Of a stretch of DNA of 64,000 bases, positions 13,112 through 27,727 are shown in pieces. A program made the translations under genes and the position numbers. The stretch spans positions 184,822,001-184,886,000 of the forward strand of contig OZ024741.1 in the NCBI GenBank assembly GCA_964016885.1, read 5' to 3'. The DNA is from Eledone cirrhosa. Its lineage: Eukaryota. Position 1 is the first letter of the stretch, and each line of letters begins with the position of its first letter. The notes under the pieces are model-generated. The model was not told the origin of the DNA. It was given only the letters and a program-made list of their open reading frames with translations, and searched no databases.

Positions 13112-13309
13112 CGGTGAATTGGCAGTATCGGTAGAGGGACGGACGCCATGCTTTGACGCATAGAGTTACGGCCCTTGCCATTCTGAGTTCAAATCCCGCC
13201 GAGGTTAACTTTGCCTTTCATCCTTACGGGGGTCGATAAAATAAAGTATAAAGTACCAGTAATACACTGGGATAATTGCTGGCCTTGTACCAAAAGTAGA
13301 AACAATTAT
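13112..13309 (+). mobile_element. tRNA-derived SINE
   Basis: Same family, full length. Confidence 0.9.
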
Positions 13310-13584
13310 TATCATTAACATCACTATCATAATGACAACTATGATAATAATGATCCAATCGGCAAAATGAACAATAATTGTACGTGACTCTATCTGTCTG
13401 TCTCTCTGTCTCCCCCCTCCCTCTCTGCTTGTAGCTATAGCGATTTATTGTCTTCTCTGTTTGGGTACAGAAGGTCATGTAATAACATAATAAGAATGGC
13501 AACAACAGTAGTAACATTAAAGCTGTTAATAATTCCATTAACAAAGCAAAGAATGTTATGTGTGTGTGTCTGTATGTGCCGGGG

Positions 13585-14175
13585 TTAGTTTGAGTCTATT
13601 CAGACATGGTTTCTATTTTAGAATAAATGTATTTAATTTTATTTATTTATTCGTGATTGATTTATGGTATTATCTGGACAGTGGTTTAATGGGAGAACCT
13701 GGAATTGGTGGGTGATGTTCATTGCACACACGTTTAAATGTTCACTAACAGGCACCTGACTTGTTGTGGGTTCTCGTAATTCTTGGTGGTGAATTATCAT
13801 GTTATTTCTGAGGGCATTTGGTTTGCCATATATAATCTTCGTTACACACTTTACAGTTAATGGCATATATCAATTTTTTGGTTGAACAAGTGAAATAAAT
13901 TTTTGCAATGAATGTTTGTCCTGATTTAAATTTATACTATGTGTCTTCATTGCAAGTCCTACAATTAGGGCAACCATACTTTCTGACTGTTAGTGTTGTG
14001 TTTGTGCTGGGTAATGTGAGGCTAGTGAGTAGTGATTTAAGTGATTTTGTTTACATTTTGCTTTGGATTATTTCATGAGTTTCGAGTGCTATTTTCATTT
14101 ACGTTTTTTTTGCCTCAATAGTGGATATTGTTGTGGATAATTTTGTATGCCACCTTATTCTTTGAAATTTATAGT
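13585..14175 (-). mobile_element. Degenerate Neptune-like PLE fragment (Cys linker plus GIY-YIG C-terminus)
   Basis: Minus reads IIQSK..KSLKSLLT..VRKYGCPNCRTC, then VPVSEHLNVCA..FQVLP..KPCLN. Confidence 0.7.
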
Positions 14176-14343
14176 GAGATATACATACACACACATACAC
14201 ACGCACACATACATATATATATATATAGTTGAAAAGGGGGTAAAGTTCCATAAAAACCAAAGGTCATAGTTAAAAGCTGAAGGCGAAAAGTGTAATTTTT
14301 TATTTAATCCGACAAAATGAATAACTTTATAATCGTTATATTA

Positions 14344-14386
14344 AATACAACCAGTTTCGATTGGTATAACAATCTTATCAAATATT
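14344..14386 (-). ncRNA. Minimal type I HHR variant with U3-A8 core
   Basis: AAUAU-UUGAUAA-GAUUG(UUAUAC)CAAUC-GAAAC-UG-GUU^GUAUU. Confidence 0.62.
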
Positions 14387-14860
14387 AAATATTAAATAAA
14401 ATGTTTCTTAATGTATTTTCTCTTATATATATATTCTTTATGAAGGTGTGGTAGTGAATGTGGAAGTGGTGTCAAACAGTTAAAAATTCATTTGGATTCA
14501 CTTGGTTTAAAATAGAAAATGCTCTTACTTTCATAATAATAGACCAGATGGCATATTTGAAGTGTCTGTTTTTTTTTTGGGGGGGGGGGGGGTATTAAGG
14601 TGGGGTATTATTGTGTCAAAAACGGTAGTGTTTAGGGTTTATGAAAGAAGGTGAAAAAAAGTTAATTGTGGATGTAGATATTTTCTTTTATCCTGTGGTG
14701 TGTATGTGTGTGTGTGTGTGTGCGTGCGTACCCTTTGTATCGTGAGATCAAAATATTTTTAGGGTTTGCAGATAAAAGCAAGGATATAAATATAAGTATA
14801 GGTGTAAACACACACACACACAGACACACACATATATATGTATATGTGTGTGTATGTATA

Positions 14861-14944
<84 letters not shown>

Positions 14945-14946
14945 AT

Positions 14947-15122
14947 CAAATTAATACAACCAATTAATAAATCAGATCAATAAATAAATATATCAAATAT
15001 ATATATATTTATTAGAACGCTGGTGAGTTATATCCGTATAGTAGAGCACTCTGTCCATGGGACGAGTTTGGTAGAAGTAGTTCCACACATATATATATAA
15101 ATAAAATAAAAATATATATATT

Positions 15123-15154
<32 letters not shown>

Positions 15155-16005
15155 TATAGATATATTTATATATATATGCTAATAGATTAACGAAAATACA
15201 CTACCCCAACATGCTTCGTGTATCCCTGACAGTGTAATACCATGCTAAATATTTGATAACTGAAATGAATACCAGAAACAGAGTATACTCATTCACATTT
15301 AGTAGTGCGGTAGCAATAATCGAACAAATCAGTTAGGAGTATCAATAAAATATCTATAACTAATATCATCTAAGTAATAAACTAAAAATTGATATATAAT
15401 CAAATTCAGGCTGGTTTCACCGATGCCAAACTTTGAGTTGCAGTTATGTAAATAAGTGCATATTCCAACAGTCAGTTGTATATCAATCCGGAGTTGGCAT
15501 ACATTTCTTCAATCAGTGTATCCAGTAAACAATATTGAAAACGGCATATCCTTTCACGCACCCGGCATGCGAGCAGTAGTTAGCTCTGTTTTCGTGATTC
15601 TGCCAGCGGCTTGAAATCAAGTTGCTATACTCTTAGAATTACTACTAGAAGTAAAATAGACAAATAAATCTCATACATCACTCTACCACAAGATGCTTTA
15701 TACAGCCATGGCATTGTGACTCTATGAAACACTCTATTTTACTCAATAATAACTGAAATGAATTCAAGAAACAGTATATTCATACAGATTTAGTGCTGTG
15801 CTAGCAACAATCGAATAGCTCAATTAGGTTTTACGATAAAATTAATACAACCAATTAATAAATCAGATCAATAAATAAATATATCAAATATATATATATT
15901 TATTAGAACGCTGGTGAGTTATATCCGTATAGTAGAGCACTCAGTCCATGGGACGTGTTTTGTAGAAGTAGTTTCACACATATATATATAGAAATAAAAT
16001 AAAAA
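14947..16005. repeat. Local direct repeats: 14947-15112 ~ 15838-16005, and 15257-15340 ~ 15747-15830
   Basis: Near-identical ~165-bp copies and more diverged ~85-bp copies. Confidence 0.85.
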
Positions 16006-16045
16006 TGGCGTAGACATTACAATGCTATAGGAGGGAACATAATAG

Positions 16046-16089
16046 TACCACTGATGATGTTGCAGATGTGCAACGAAAGAACTTTGATA
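16046..16089 (+). ncRNA. Degenerate HHR; inverted second copy at about 19027-19072
   Basis: CUGAUGA-u-GUUGCA(GAUG)UGCAAC-GAAAG-AA-CUU; weak stem I. Confidence 0.45.
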
Positions 16090-16519
16090 GACTATATATA
16101 TATATTTATATCTGTATTTTTAACCGTTGGTCAATCAATGATAAACATTGATTGCCAAATAAATTAACTATGGAGATATCAAAGATACAGAAGCGAAAAC
16201 CAACCAAAACAGTGAGTGTGTTCTGTTATTATTTCTGGCAATATTATTGCAACAATATGACCCTCCCCAAATATAACAATATATATATATATATACACAC
16301 ACATATATATATATAAAATAAATATGATTCCAGTTCCTCAGAAGAATAACAACACAACCAGGAGCTGAACATATCGATGTATTGACGGCGTAAAACATAC
16401 TTCAACAACATCTTACCTGTCTTTCCCACACCAATTCGGACTGCCTAAAGAGGTCACAGCCAATGATGGCTGTGATCGAAATATATATAGCAGTATATCT
16501 ATAATTTATAATAAACGAA

Positions 16520-16850
16520 GCAAAATTTTACATATTTGACTGAATTATTTTATTTTACATTACTCCGGAGTAAACAAACCAACCTGCGTATTTCGTCGAG
16601 TGCTCCAATCTGCATACTTAGGTGTCGGTAAACAAACATATAGTAATAATAATAAATTTGAAGACTAAAATCCAAAGAGGGCTCGATAAGGATAAATATA
16701 TATCAAATATATAAGAACCGTAGAGCAAATATTTATTAAAATAACAGATTAAAGTTTAAGCAAAGAATCGCTACTTTCACCCTTTCAGAAGATCCCATTA
16801 AGGGTGAAAGCAACGATTCTTTGTTTAAATTTTAATCTGTTATTTTAATA
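16520..16850. repeat. TA-embedded PLE-like repeat with a terminal inverted duplication; relatives at 11805-11955 and 12297-12400
   Basis: Shared tactccggagtaa.caaaccaacctgcg and gaaga.taaaa.ccaaagag.gctcgataaggataaat; hairpin 16733-16850. Confidence 0.7.
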
Positions 16851-16855
16851 AATAA

Positions 16856-16893
<38 letters not shown>

Positions 16894-17125
16894 TATTTTC
16901 CGTCGTGTTGTAATATAAATATTACACACAGTAGATTGCCAGCTCACGTAGAGTTTGCTCGACGGTTCCAGTTGTAGTTCCAAAAGTAATCCGGAGAAAA
17001 ATAGAAAGATTTGAATGTCTGCATAACTAATACTTTGTAGATAGCAGCTGTTTTCAGGTTATGTAACTGTTATATAAACACGTGTCAATAAATTCCTTTC
17101 AACGAAACTGTATCCATTCAAATCT

Positions 17126-17191
<66 letters not shown>

Positions 17192-17194
<3 letters not shown>

Positions 17195-17432
17195 ATGAAA
17201 TATAAGAATCAAAGAACTGTTCAAAACATTATGTTTTGAACAGTTCTTTGATTCTTATATTTCATATAACTGCTCTGTAAATCATCTGATGTTTTTACAT
17301 TGAGCTACTTAACTTACTGGTAATAAGGTAGTAATACATTACTGCCTACCACTATTTAGGGTGTGTGTAAAATACTTACAACTGCTTAAGGTTTTGTGTT
17401 TACATAACCATAAATAGTATAACTAATACTAT
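17192..17432. repeat. TA-embedded element with a perfect 38-bp hairpin; inverted homologue at 51553-51695
   Basis: Arms 17192-17229 and 17231-17268; 17299-17432 is the reverse complement of 51553-51685. Confidence 0.75.
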
Positions 17433-18357
17433 ATATATATATATATTCTTGTGTGTGATGTGTATGTCTGTGTGTATTTATATGTGTGCATGCATAAGTA
17501 CCCATATACACATATGTATATAAATATATATATCTATAACTCATCGATCTAGCCAACTCTCTCACTACATACCATTCCTCCCTTCTCTCTTTGTTGGTAG
17601 TTGCGGCACGTTTTTACTGTTTTATTGACATATACTGGCATATGGATATACAATTTAAATATAATGCATGTGGCTCATGTAGTACAATACATGTCTGGTT
17701 TATTCATTACTTTTGGATGTTAACTCACAGATTACATTTCAATACACAAGAATAAGAGAACTCTTCAACAGCACGAAATATAAAAACAAATGATTAATTA
17801 AATAGTGTACTTACATCGAACATACGAATACGACACTCGCACGTTGATTTGTGAGGAATTTAAAAGGAAACAGCGTAAAATGCACACAATTAAATTATAT
17901 AGAATATCATTAATGTATAACAGTATAATTCTAAATAGAATTTCACAAATAAACGACGAATGTATCAATAGAGTCTTTACTAATATAAATATACGAACAA
18001 AATACACAGAGGCAGCACACAGAAAATAAGTATGGAATGTACCAGGAATTAAATATTGACTATCTTTTTAACTCTAGTATTAAAAGTTTTGTCAATAAAT
18101 CTTTAATAATAATTTGTCATTTACTGCAAAGTACGCAAAAAACAATCTATGACTAAAATGTATATTATTCTGCAGATGTGACACTAAAGGTGCCGAAGCG
18201 TTCAGTACTGCACAAATTATTAATGAAGAAATATGAACAATGAATGCAGTAATATGTCTAATGTAACGTTTGAATGAAACACACACAACCCCCCCCCCCC
18301 CCCACATACACACACAAATATATAGATATATATATATACAAATATATTTATCGATAA

Positions 18358-18392
<35 letters not shown>

Positions 18393-18445
18393 CAACAAAA
18401 ATATATGTATATACATATATACACACACACACACAGATATATATA

Positions 18446-18586
<141 letters not shown>

Positions 18587-19135
18587 TATATACAATGTAT
18601 ATATAATGTATTTGGTAATACACTGTATGCTTAAAAGCATTTCGAAGACCTTACGCTATTGTTTTAAAGTAGTGACTATGTCACTTACTTTTTTTTTCAA
18701 CAAACAAAGGGAGATAAGCTGACAGATCTCTGTTTCATACTGTTGGTATTCCTCAAAGCTTAGCTCTCCCCCTGCTTGTTGAAAATTATGAATGTTGGAT
18801 TCTTATAGAATTCCATGGAATCTCATGTCAAATCTATACTCTGCTATGTATTGAGTACCTTACTTTATGTGGTTACCCCAGATTGAACCTATGCTTCGAG
18901 AACCATGAGATTCCATGGAATCTCATGCTGCTGTATCTTTTATATCTCCATAGTTAATTTATTTGGCAATCAATGTTTATCATTGATTGACCAACGGTTA
19001 CAAATACAGATATATATATATATAGTCTAACAAAGTTCTTCGTTGCACATCTGTAACATCATCAGTCGTACTATTATGTTCCCTCCTATAGCATTGTAAT
19101 GTCTACGCCATTTTTATTTTATTTATATATATCAG

Positions 19136-19186
19136 GGCTTTCTGATGATTTCTCCCGAATGAAACATTTCTAGTCGTGTAGAAGCC
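19136..19186 (+). ncRNA. Type I HHR; decayed relative at about 24862-24915
   Basis: GGCUUU-CUGAUGA-uUUC(UCCC)GAAu-GAAACA(UUUCUAGUCG)UGUA^GAAGCC. Confidence 0.68.
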
Positions 19187-19652
19187 ATTTCTATATTAAA
19201 AATCTATACTCTGCTATGTATTGAGTACCTTACTTACTGTGGTTACCCCAGATTGAACCTCTGCTTCGAGAACCATAGTATTTTTTACTGTATGAGATGT
19301 TTTTATATATATATATACACATACATACATAGATACACAGATGCATATACATTACTTCATAGTTCCACTATACCTTCTCACGCAAAACGATTTTCACTCG
19401 ACTGACTATACAACTAACTAGTCTTTATATTTTTCTTCCATCTTTCTTTCTTTGTTCTTCCTTTTTACCCCACCCCTGCGTATTTCCTCTTTTTATGCTC
19501 TTTTTGTTTTGTATTTTTTATTACTTATCATTTACAGCTTTTTTTTTTCGTGGAATTTTCTTTTCTTTCTTTCTTTCTTTTTTATGACTCAGGGATTTGA
19601 GGGATATTCAGACAGTAGAAAATAAATGATTATAGCTTGTTTAACAAGAGTA

Positions 19653-19739
<87 letters not shown>

Positions 19740-20281
19740 TGTGTGTGTGTATATATATGTGTATGTGTGTGCGTGCCTGTGCGTCTGCATACATACACAT
19801 CAATACATTCATACATACGTACATATATACGTACACAGAGAAACCCACAATCATACCATTTTCCTAATTAGAATTAAGTAAAACGTTTGTATCTGTAGAA
19901 ATATCAATTCCACTCCACCAAACCATCGACCTATATCGACTAAGTGTCAGATGGATCGCTGAAACAAATACGTCATGCCTGAAATCTCAACTCGTATCTC
20001 AGACTTTACGAGATTTGACGGGCAAAATAGTTCGACACTACGCAATATGATTTGGCAATCGGGAGAAATTTGTTTGTACTTCTCCATCATCTCCTTCGTT
20101 TTTATTCCGTAGTATCGGTGGTTATCGAGTTGCTGTATGCTGTCTTATATGTCTCTCTTTTCGCGTGTATCTATGTAAGTGTCTGGGTTTGTGTGCATTT
20201 AAGTGTATGCAATTGTGATTGTATTATATATTTACGCATGCATCAATGTATGTTTGTACATACTCACACACACACAGAAAC

Positions 20282-20321
<40 letters not shown>

Positions 20322-20322
20322 G

Positions 20323-20404
<82 letters not shown>

Positions 20405-21138
20405 CGCGCGTCTGTGTAACCTGAATTGGTAGAATCATGAGGCAGACGGATAATAATTCAATTTTGACTTTCATCTTTCGGGACCGACAATAATGTACCA
20501 ACCAGGGGCAATGGATTCGGAGATTTGTAAATTAGTTGGTGTTTGATTTTGATCAGTGTATTGTGAGTTCAATTTCCGCCTGTTTCTGTCAGGAGCTGTG
20601 ACCAGCAATGGAAAGACTAATGGAAACCTTTTCTTTTGTACGATCTAACGATCGGCTCTTTTCCTTTGCTACGATTAAGGCGCTACTATGATAAATCTTA
20701 GCAAGCTATGATAGTTAAATTTAGTAGATGGAAACTTTAAGGATAGATTGTAGCTATAGTTTAGCATTGATCCACACTATGTTGCACTGAATATACCTTC
20801 TCTATGGCATATTTAGCAGCTTATAATTTAAGTTTACGAACTGGTTGTTTAGTTAATGATACAACTTAATACACATCATTGAAACTATCCACCCCCACTT
20901 CATGATTATCACTACCATCACGATCACCAGTTAAAACATTCTTTCCTAGTTTTCATCATATTATTCTAACCGAGTAGGCTTCAGTCTGAGTGAAATCTGT
21001 CTACTATTTCCAGACGTACATGTGATGCCGTAGTGAAGTCGGATATACTAAGCTGCAAATAATATGCTAAGCTAGCATTTTAGAGACTAATATGCTTTGC
21101 ATTATCTAGTTACATCCCGGTGGATGAAACTAGATAAA

Positions 21139-21322
21139 GCGGTGGATTGGCAGTATCGGTAGAGGGTCGGACGCCATGCTTTGGAGCATAGATTTACGGC
21201 CCTTTGTGATCTGCGTTCAAATCCCCACGAGATTAACTTTGCCTTTCATCCTCACGGGGTCGATACAATAAAGTACCAGCACTGGAATAATTGCTGAGCT
21301 TGTGCCAAAAGTAGAAAAATGA
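21139..21322 (+). mobile_element. tRNA-derived SINE
   Basis: Same family; flanked by tctagttacatc direct repeats. Confidence 0.88.
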
Positions 21323-21646
21323 TCTAGTTACATCGCTTTCTTATTTCAATCCCCACCATGGTGTCATATACCAGTCAATTTTCCACGACCGATAAAATAA
21401 AATAGCAGTCATATATTGATAACAATAAATACGAAAGTTCTATCCCCTCAAACTCATAGACGGGTACCTCTGATGGAAATTAATTTTAGTTTACAATATA
21501 TTTCAATCAGTTTTTTATTGAGAAAAAGTCTAGTAAAAGGATTGTGCAGTGTTACATTGAATAGATTTATTGTAAAATTTATTCTAAGGTTTTCTTGCAC
21601 ATCATCATCATCAACGCCATCATCATCATCAACGCCATCATCATTA

Positions 21647-21796
21647 TCTTCTTCTTCTTCTTCTTCTTCTTCTTCTTCTTCTTCTTCTTCTTCTTCTTCT
21701 TCTTCTTCTTCTTCTTCTTCTTCTTCTTCTTCTTCTTCTTCTTCTTCTTCTTCTTCTTCTTCTTCTTCTTCTTCTTCTTCTTCTTCTTCTTCTTCT
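21647..21796. repeat. (CTT)n microsatellite; another at 5486-5600
   Basis: Direct inspection. Confidence 0.97.
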
Positions 21797-22599
21797 TTGT
21801 CTTTTCCTTTTCGCCCTCCTTGAAGCAACCTTGTAAAAATATCTTTCGTATTCACTATAGAGCAGGGTGGGGTAATATTTCGCTTCGTGTTGGAAGGACG
21901 GAAGGGACAGAGTTGTCACATGCTCAATACGCAATTTGATTGATTGCCCAAGGATCATAGGTGTTTCGTGAAGTTTATGGCTTTGTCTGTCGGACTGTCT
22001 CCACTACCCCTCTTTCTCACATTCTCCCTATGTCTCTCTTCCATCTCCGCCGCTCTATCTCTCCTCTCTTTCTCCATGCATCCAGATGGTTCTTGAGATT
22101 TTAACACCTTCCTTAACGTAGCTGTAGAATTGATAGGGCAGACATTAGTTGGGAGAACGAAGCAAATTAGAGCGAAAGAACAACACAACAACACACAACG
22201 CAATTTCACAAATAAATTATAATACAACAGGACAGCACATATAGACTTTGATGTGTTAACAATAACAACAGATAACAAATGCTACGTCACAACTACATTA
22301 ATCTGACATGCAAATATGTATGGAGAGAAAATGGCAAACGAGATTTTAGAAACATAACAATAATTAAAGCAGCAATACAAAAAAAAAAGAAAAAAATAAC
22401 AATAACAGCACTAATAACTCCAAAAATATCAACAATACCATAACAGCAACTCTAACAACGATAACAATTATAACAACATCAATAACAATAATAACGTTCA
22501 AAATAAGTATAAAAATCTACAATATTGATAATGTTGATAGCAAGAAAAATATCATAGCAATATACAAATGATAATTCTTTATCTTTGTTTTAAATGAAG

Positions 22600-23060
22600 T
22601 GATATCAAGTCAAATAAAATAATTTATTCCAAAGCAAAAAATAAACCTTAGTTAGTACGAAAAAAAAAGAGGGGAAGTAAAAGAAAAGAAAGAATAGGGA
22701 AGTATAGAAAAAAAATGACAGAGAGAAAGAAAGAAGAAAAAGAACGGGAAAGGGAGAGGATGGCAAGAGCTCTGATGTCGAAGAAGAGAGGGGATTGGTG
22801 GGTGGGGAGAGGTTGATTAATCTTTGGGTCTAGGGCAAGAGGGAAGAAGTGCTGCGCCCCCTGACAAGACGGCAAAAGCATTCCCCCGGATGATGGCCAG
22901 TGACACCCGCTGCAACAGCCACCCAACCTCGCGGGGCTCCCTCCTCAGGCGGGGCGCCGACGCTGCGATCTTGCGGAGGAGGTTGGAAGTACGTGGTACA
23001 AGTACGCCTGAGGAGTCGACGGCAACAGGTACGAAGAGGGAGCGGCCGGACAACATCATT
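22600..23060 (-). mobile_element. CRE-clade LINE 3' end (RLE C-terminus plus 3' UTR)
   Basis: FVPVAVDSSGVL..EPREVGWLLQRVSLAIIRGNA; T-rich UTR ending with aataaa on the minus strand. Confidence 0.8.
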
Positions 23061-23061
23061 T

Positions 23062-23650
23062 AAAATTATAATACTAAATTATTAGATTATAATACTAAAT
23101 TATAAGATTATAATACTAAATTATAAGATTATAATACTAAATTATAAGATTATAATACTAAATTATAAGATTATAATACTAAATTATAAGATTATAATAC
23201 TAAATTATAAGATTATAATACTAAATTATAAGATTATAATACTAAATTATAAGATTATAGTACTAAATTATAAGGTTATAATACTAAATTATAAGATTAT
23301 AATACTAAATTATAAGATTATAATACTAAATTATAAGATTATAATACTAAATTATAAGATTATAATACTAAATTATAAGATTATAATACTAAATTATAAG
23401 ATTATAGTACTAAATTATAAGGTTATAATACTAAATTATAAGATTATAATACTAAATTATAAGATTATAATACTAAATTATAAGATTATAGTACTAAATT
23501 ATAAGGTTATAATACTAAATTATAAGATTATAATACTAAATTATAAGATTATAATACTAAATTATAAGATTATAATACTAAATTATGAGATTATAATACT
23601 AAATTATAAGATTATAGTACTAAATTATAAGATTATAATACTAAATTATA
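23062..23650. repeat. 21-bp minisatellite (tataagattataatactaaat), about 28 copies
   Basis: Head-to-tail units without spacers; variants tagtac and aaggtt recur. Confidence 0.95.
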
Positions 23651-23670
23651 TCATTTTTGATCGACTAAAG

Positions 23671-23884
23671 CAGGCGTGTGAAACTGAGGGTCTCCCGAGG
23701 GCCAAATGAATCACATATGTGTTGTTTGAGGGCCATACACGACAACTAATTACGCACATTACAACTAATTTTTTTTTCATTTTATATTAAAAAGATAAAA
23801 CAAGCTCGCGCTGTAAAAATCTTTGTGCGGGCCGTAGGTGTCCTTGTAAAGGCCCGGGGTGGGGGCACATGTTTGACATGCCTG
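23671..23884. mobile_element. hAT (Charlie-like) MITE
   Basis: TIRs caggcgtgtgaaac / gtttgacatgcctg; 8-bp TSD gactaaag / gtctaaag. Confidence 0.78.
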
Positions 23885-24155
23885 GTCTAAAGGATTTGAT
23901 TGGGTCAATGTAATTAAAGTATCATAATATATATCTGTAAAACGTTTAACCCGGTGTACAATCGATACTGCCACTGATTTTTTTATTAAATAATAATTCT
24001 AAAATAAGGCCACGGCTAGTTAACATTAACGAATCTGAAACTTGCATTTATTTTATCGATACAGGAAGGAGGAAACACAAATTTGATCTTGCCGAGATTT
24101 GAAATCAAAATGTATACAACGCAACTGGAACCCATTCATCCGATTATTATACAGA

Positions 24156-24670
24156 CTAGCAGACAAACCACCCTTCGTGTGGTTTGTCTGCTTGTATGTG
24201 TAGTGTACACATTGATATTATACGCAAATGTATATACATGCAGATATGATACATCAAATGAAATTGTAATTGACAATATGCACAGAAATTGAACGAAGCC
24301 TGTGTCACACTCTCTTCTCTAATCAATAAAGTAATCCATGATACGCTAAAACAAGACGATATTATATATAAACTGCATTAGGAGAAAATTAGCGACGGAA
24401 ATATATGAACGTTTATATAAGCGATGTAATAAATGTTATAATATAACGGGCTCTAACCGGAAGTGTTGACATTTGAAAATTTTAAAGAAGTGAATCTTAA
24501 AATAAGCAATAAAATTATTTATATTTAATCAACAGTTACGAAATTTAGTATATAAGTTATGTAATATTCATTCATTATTTCTTGAAAGTAATCCAACTTA
24601 TTTTACAAACAGCATAACAAAAATATATTCTGGACGCAGTCCCGCGCTCCTCTCTTTATTATAGTTAAGA
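24156..24670 (-). mobile_element. Non-autonomous Helitron
   Basis: Minus 5' end a|TCttaactataataaag; 3' hairpin cagacaaaccac..gtggtttgtctg then CTAG|t; inserted between A and T. Confidence 0.7.
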
Positions 24671-24914
24671 TTCCTCAATGCAAAACTTATTTTATCCAGA
24701 ACTGCCAACCAGAAATTGAATTTAGTCTGTCGAGGGACATACGGGGTACATTCAAGTTGTTTTCATGTATCTTTAATTAATCAATATATTAAGTACAGAA
24801 GCTGCATGATGTTTTCAGATCGAAATTACTTCTACGGGACAAGTACTCTTTAATGAGAATGAAATCTGCTGATAGTTTCAACCGAATGAAATATTTCTAG
24901 TCCTGTAGAAGTCA

Positions 24915-25127
24915 TACATATCGATTTCTGATTTAGGCAACAAGTTTGGGGAAGGGGGAAAGTCGATTAAATTGACCCCAGTGTCATACTGGTACGTTAT
25001 CTTATCGATCCAGTAAGAATGAAAAATAAAATTAATCTCGACAAGATTTGAACTTAGATCGTAAAGGGGTGTAACCCAATGTCATAAAGCATGTCCGACG
25101 CTCTACTGATACTGCCAATCCACCGCC
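24915..25127 (-). mobile_element. tRNA-derived SINE, diverged subfamily; an older copy lies at about 25700-25866
   Basis: A/B boxes and ctggtac..ttatcga core; different 3' part. Confidence 0.75.
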
Positions 25128-25285
25128 CCTTTAGAAAGGATTGAGCCACTAACTAGAAATTGTAGCCAGAAATCCCAACACACTTATTTACTTAGCCACA
25201 AGGACACATCTTTCTCTTATATATATCGCCGTTTGTAAGTGCGCATTTTCTGCTAATATACATACAGACGCACACACACATATAA

Positions 25286-25375
<90 letters not shown>

Positions 25376-27168
25376 TCACACACACTTATACATATATATA
25401 TATATAACTATGCACTACATTCTATCAAAACATATAATGATTTTTTATAAGGGCTACCTCATGCCCTTTAAAAATGAAGCTATCTTGGGGAGATTCATTG
25501 GTAATTAATTACATTGATCCCTGTACACAACAGGTACTCGTTTTATTGATTTCTGAAGAAAATAAAAAGAATACACGAGAGTTGCCAAAGACAACGTAGA
25601 TGTCTTAGCGTAATTACTTAGATATCGGAAATCTTTTTCGCAACACACCAATGATCAACCAGAATAAACAGAATAGTCTTTTTGAATTATAGATTCCGAT
25701 TTAAGCATAAGGCCAACGATTTCGGTGAAAGGGGACTTCGATTAAATTGACCTCAGTTCGTTACTGGTACTTTATTTTATCGGCTCCGTAAGGATGCATG
25801 GCAGCGGCGTTCCCCCAGCGGAATTTGAACTCCGAACGTCAAGGTTACAGCCAATCCATTGCACCACTTTTCATGAATTATAATGATACGTTTGTATTTA
25901 AATTAGGTCTTTTGTCAGTCATATAAATTAATGTACTTGAGAGCTATTTCAATGAACGTCTATGTGGCTGCCTCTCTTGTTAGAAATAGCAGCCATGTCA
26001 TAACCTATTATCTTATAAAAATGAAAAGCAAATGGGATAACGGAATTCTAAATATACAGGAGATGTGGAAATTAAAGGAAGAGTGTAGTGGCGCTGCGTG
26101 AGATGACTAGGGGCTAAAAAGCTAAAAGAAAACAAAACATCAACAATAGGAATTGACGCAAGTAGGTCGAAAAAAATCATATTACGTGGACCGAAGGGGA
26201 TTTTGTCAAAGTTTCAACAATCACCACTTATTATTCAAGACATATTGTCATCTCACCTACTTCCACACACACAAACAGACACGGACACACATACACGCGC
26301 ACACACACACATACACACACACGCGCACACACACACACGCACACAGAAACGCACAAACACACACACGCACACACACACATACGCACGCATACACACATTC
26401 ACACACATACTGAAACATAGAAACATTCACACACGCATACACACACACTGAGACACACACTGAAACGCAGAAAAACACAAATGCAAACACACACACATAC
26501 GTTCACACTCACAAATAATATCACACATTTCTCAAACTAGTTCGCTCCTTAACTCATTAAGAATACAACATTAAGAATACAATAAGGCCTTTATTTAAAC
26601 CCTGGCACGTTTTAATTCTAGTTGGGCATAAAAGTGTATGCTTGCGTATGTGGCTGTAGGCATATACACGTATGAGTGCATATGTGTATGTCTATGGCAC
26701 TATCTATATCTGTTCTCAAAATACGTATATGTCTGTGCATATAAATAAAACTATATGTTCATATATATGTATATATATATATATGAACATATAGTTTTAT
26801 TTATTTATTTTCACACACTCACGCACATCCATATATATATATATATATATATATGGATGTATATATATATATATACATGTGTGTGTGTGTGTAATAGAGA
26901 GCCTTATATTTATAAATGTGAGCGTGTGTTTATGCCGATGTTCAAATATGATCAATGATTTCCATATGTCTGAAATGATAATGATGTACAAATGATAATG
27001 ATATTTACAGGCGCGGCATTATCGTGAGAAAATTCGATGCATCCTTACACTCATATGAAATTTTATATCTACTCTTGGGAGGCTCGAGTTCAATATACAG
27101 CCTACACCGTTTCATTAAGAAGGTTTCTTTTAATCTCTATACCGATCTATCTATCTATCTATCTATCA

Positions 27169-27250
<82 letters not shown>

Positions 27251-27587
27251 ATATATATATCTTGTGGCTAATAAAGAGATCTATCTATCTATCTATCTAA
27301 TGTGGCAAAGATGGCCCGAGTGGTTAGGTCTTCTCTCTATATAAACCTGTAGGTTGAGGAAAAAGAGGACGAGAGGAAGGGAGTACTCACTCTTGGTGCT
27401 CCTGGAGATGAGGGTTGTACATTTTTTCGGGGTGTGTACAACCCCTGTGTAACACCTCCTCCCTATTGGGGATTTCAATTGTTATTTGTTGTTTTATTAA
27501 TAGTTTTATTTTCATATACCTGTATGTAAACTCCCCATTTGTATTTGTCCCTTCTTTTTTGCCCTTGTGGATAATAAAGAAATTTAT

Positions 27588-27619
<32 letters not shown>

Positions 27620-27727
27620 GTAAATATCAATCTATATATCGCAACACAGATACACACATACACAGACATACACACACACACAAAACAGAACAAAAGGCGA
27701 CACAGAATAACACAAGTAACAAGAGTA

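Noticed and set aside
18160-18240. Possible host exons (also 6670-6795 plus and 7145-7190 minus)
   Set aside because: Splice-like signals only; short frames with stops and no recognisable protein; would need RNA-seq
23062-23650. CRISPR-like array
   Set aside because: No unique spacers, no cas genes, eukaryotic context
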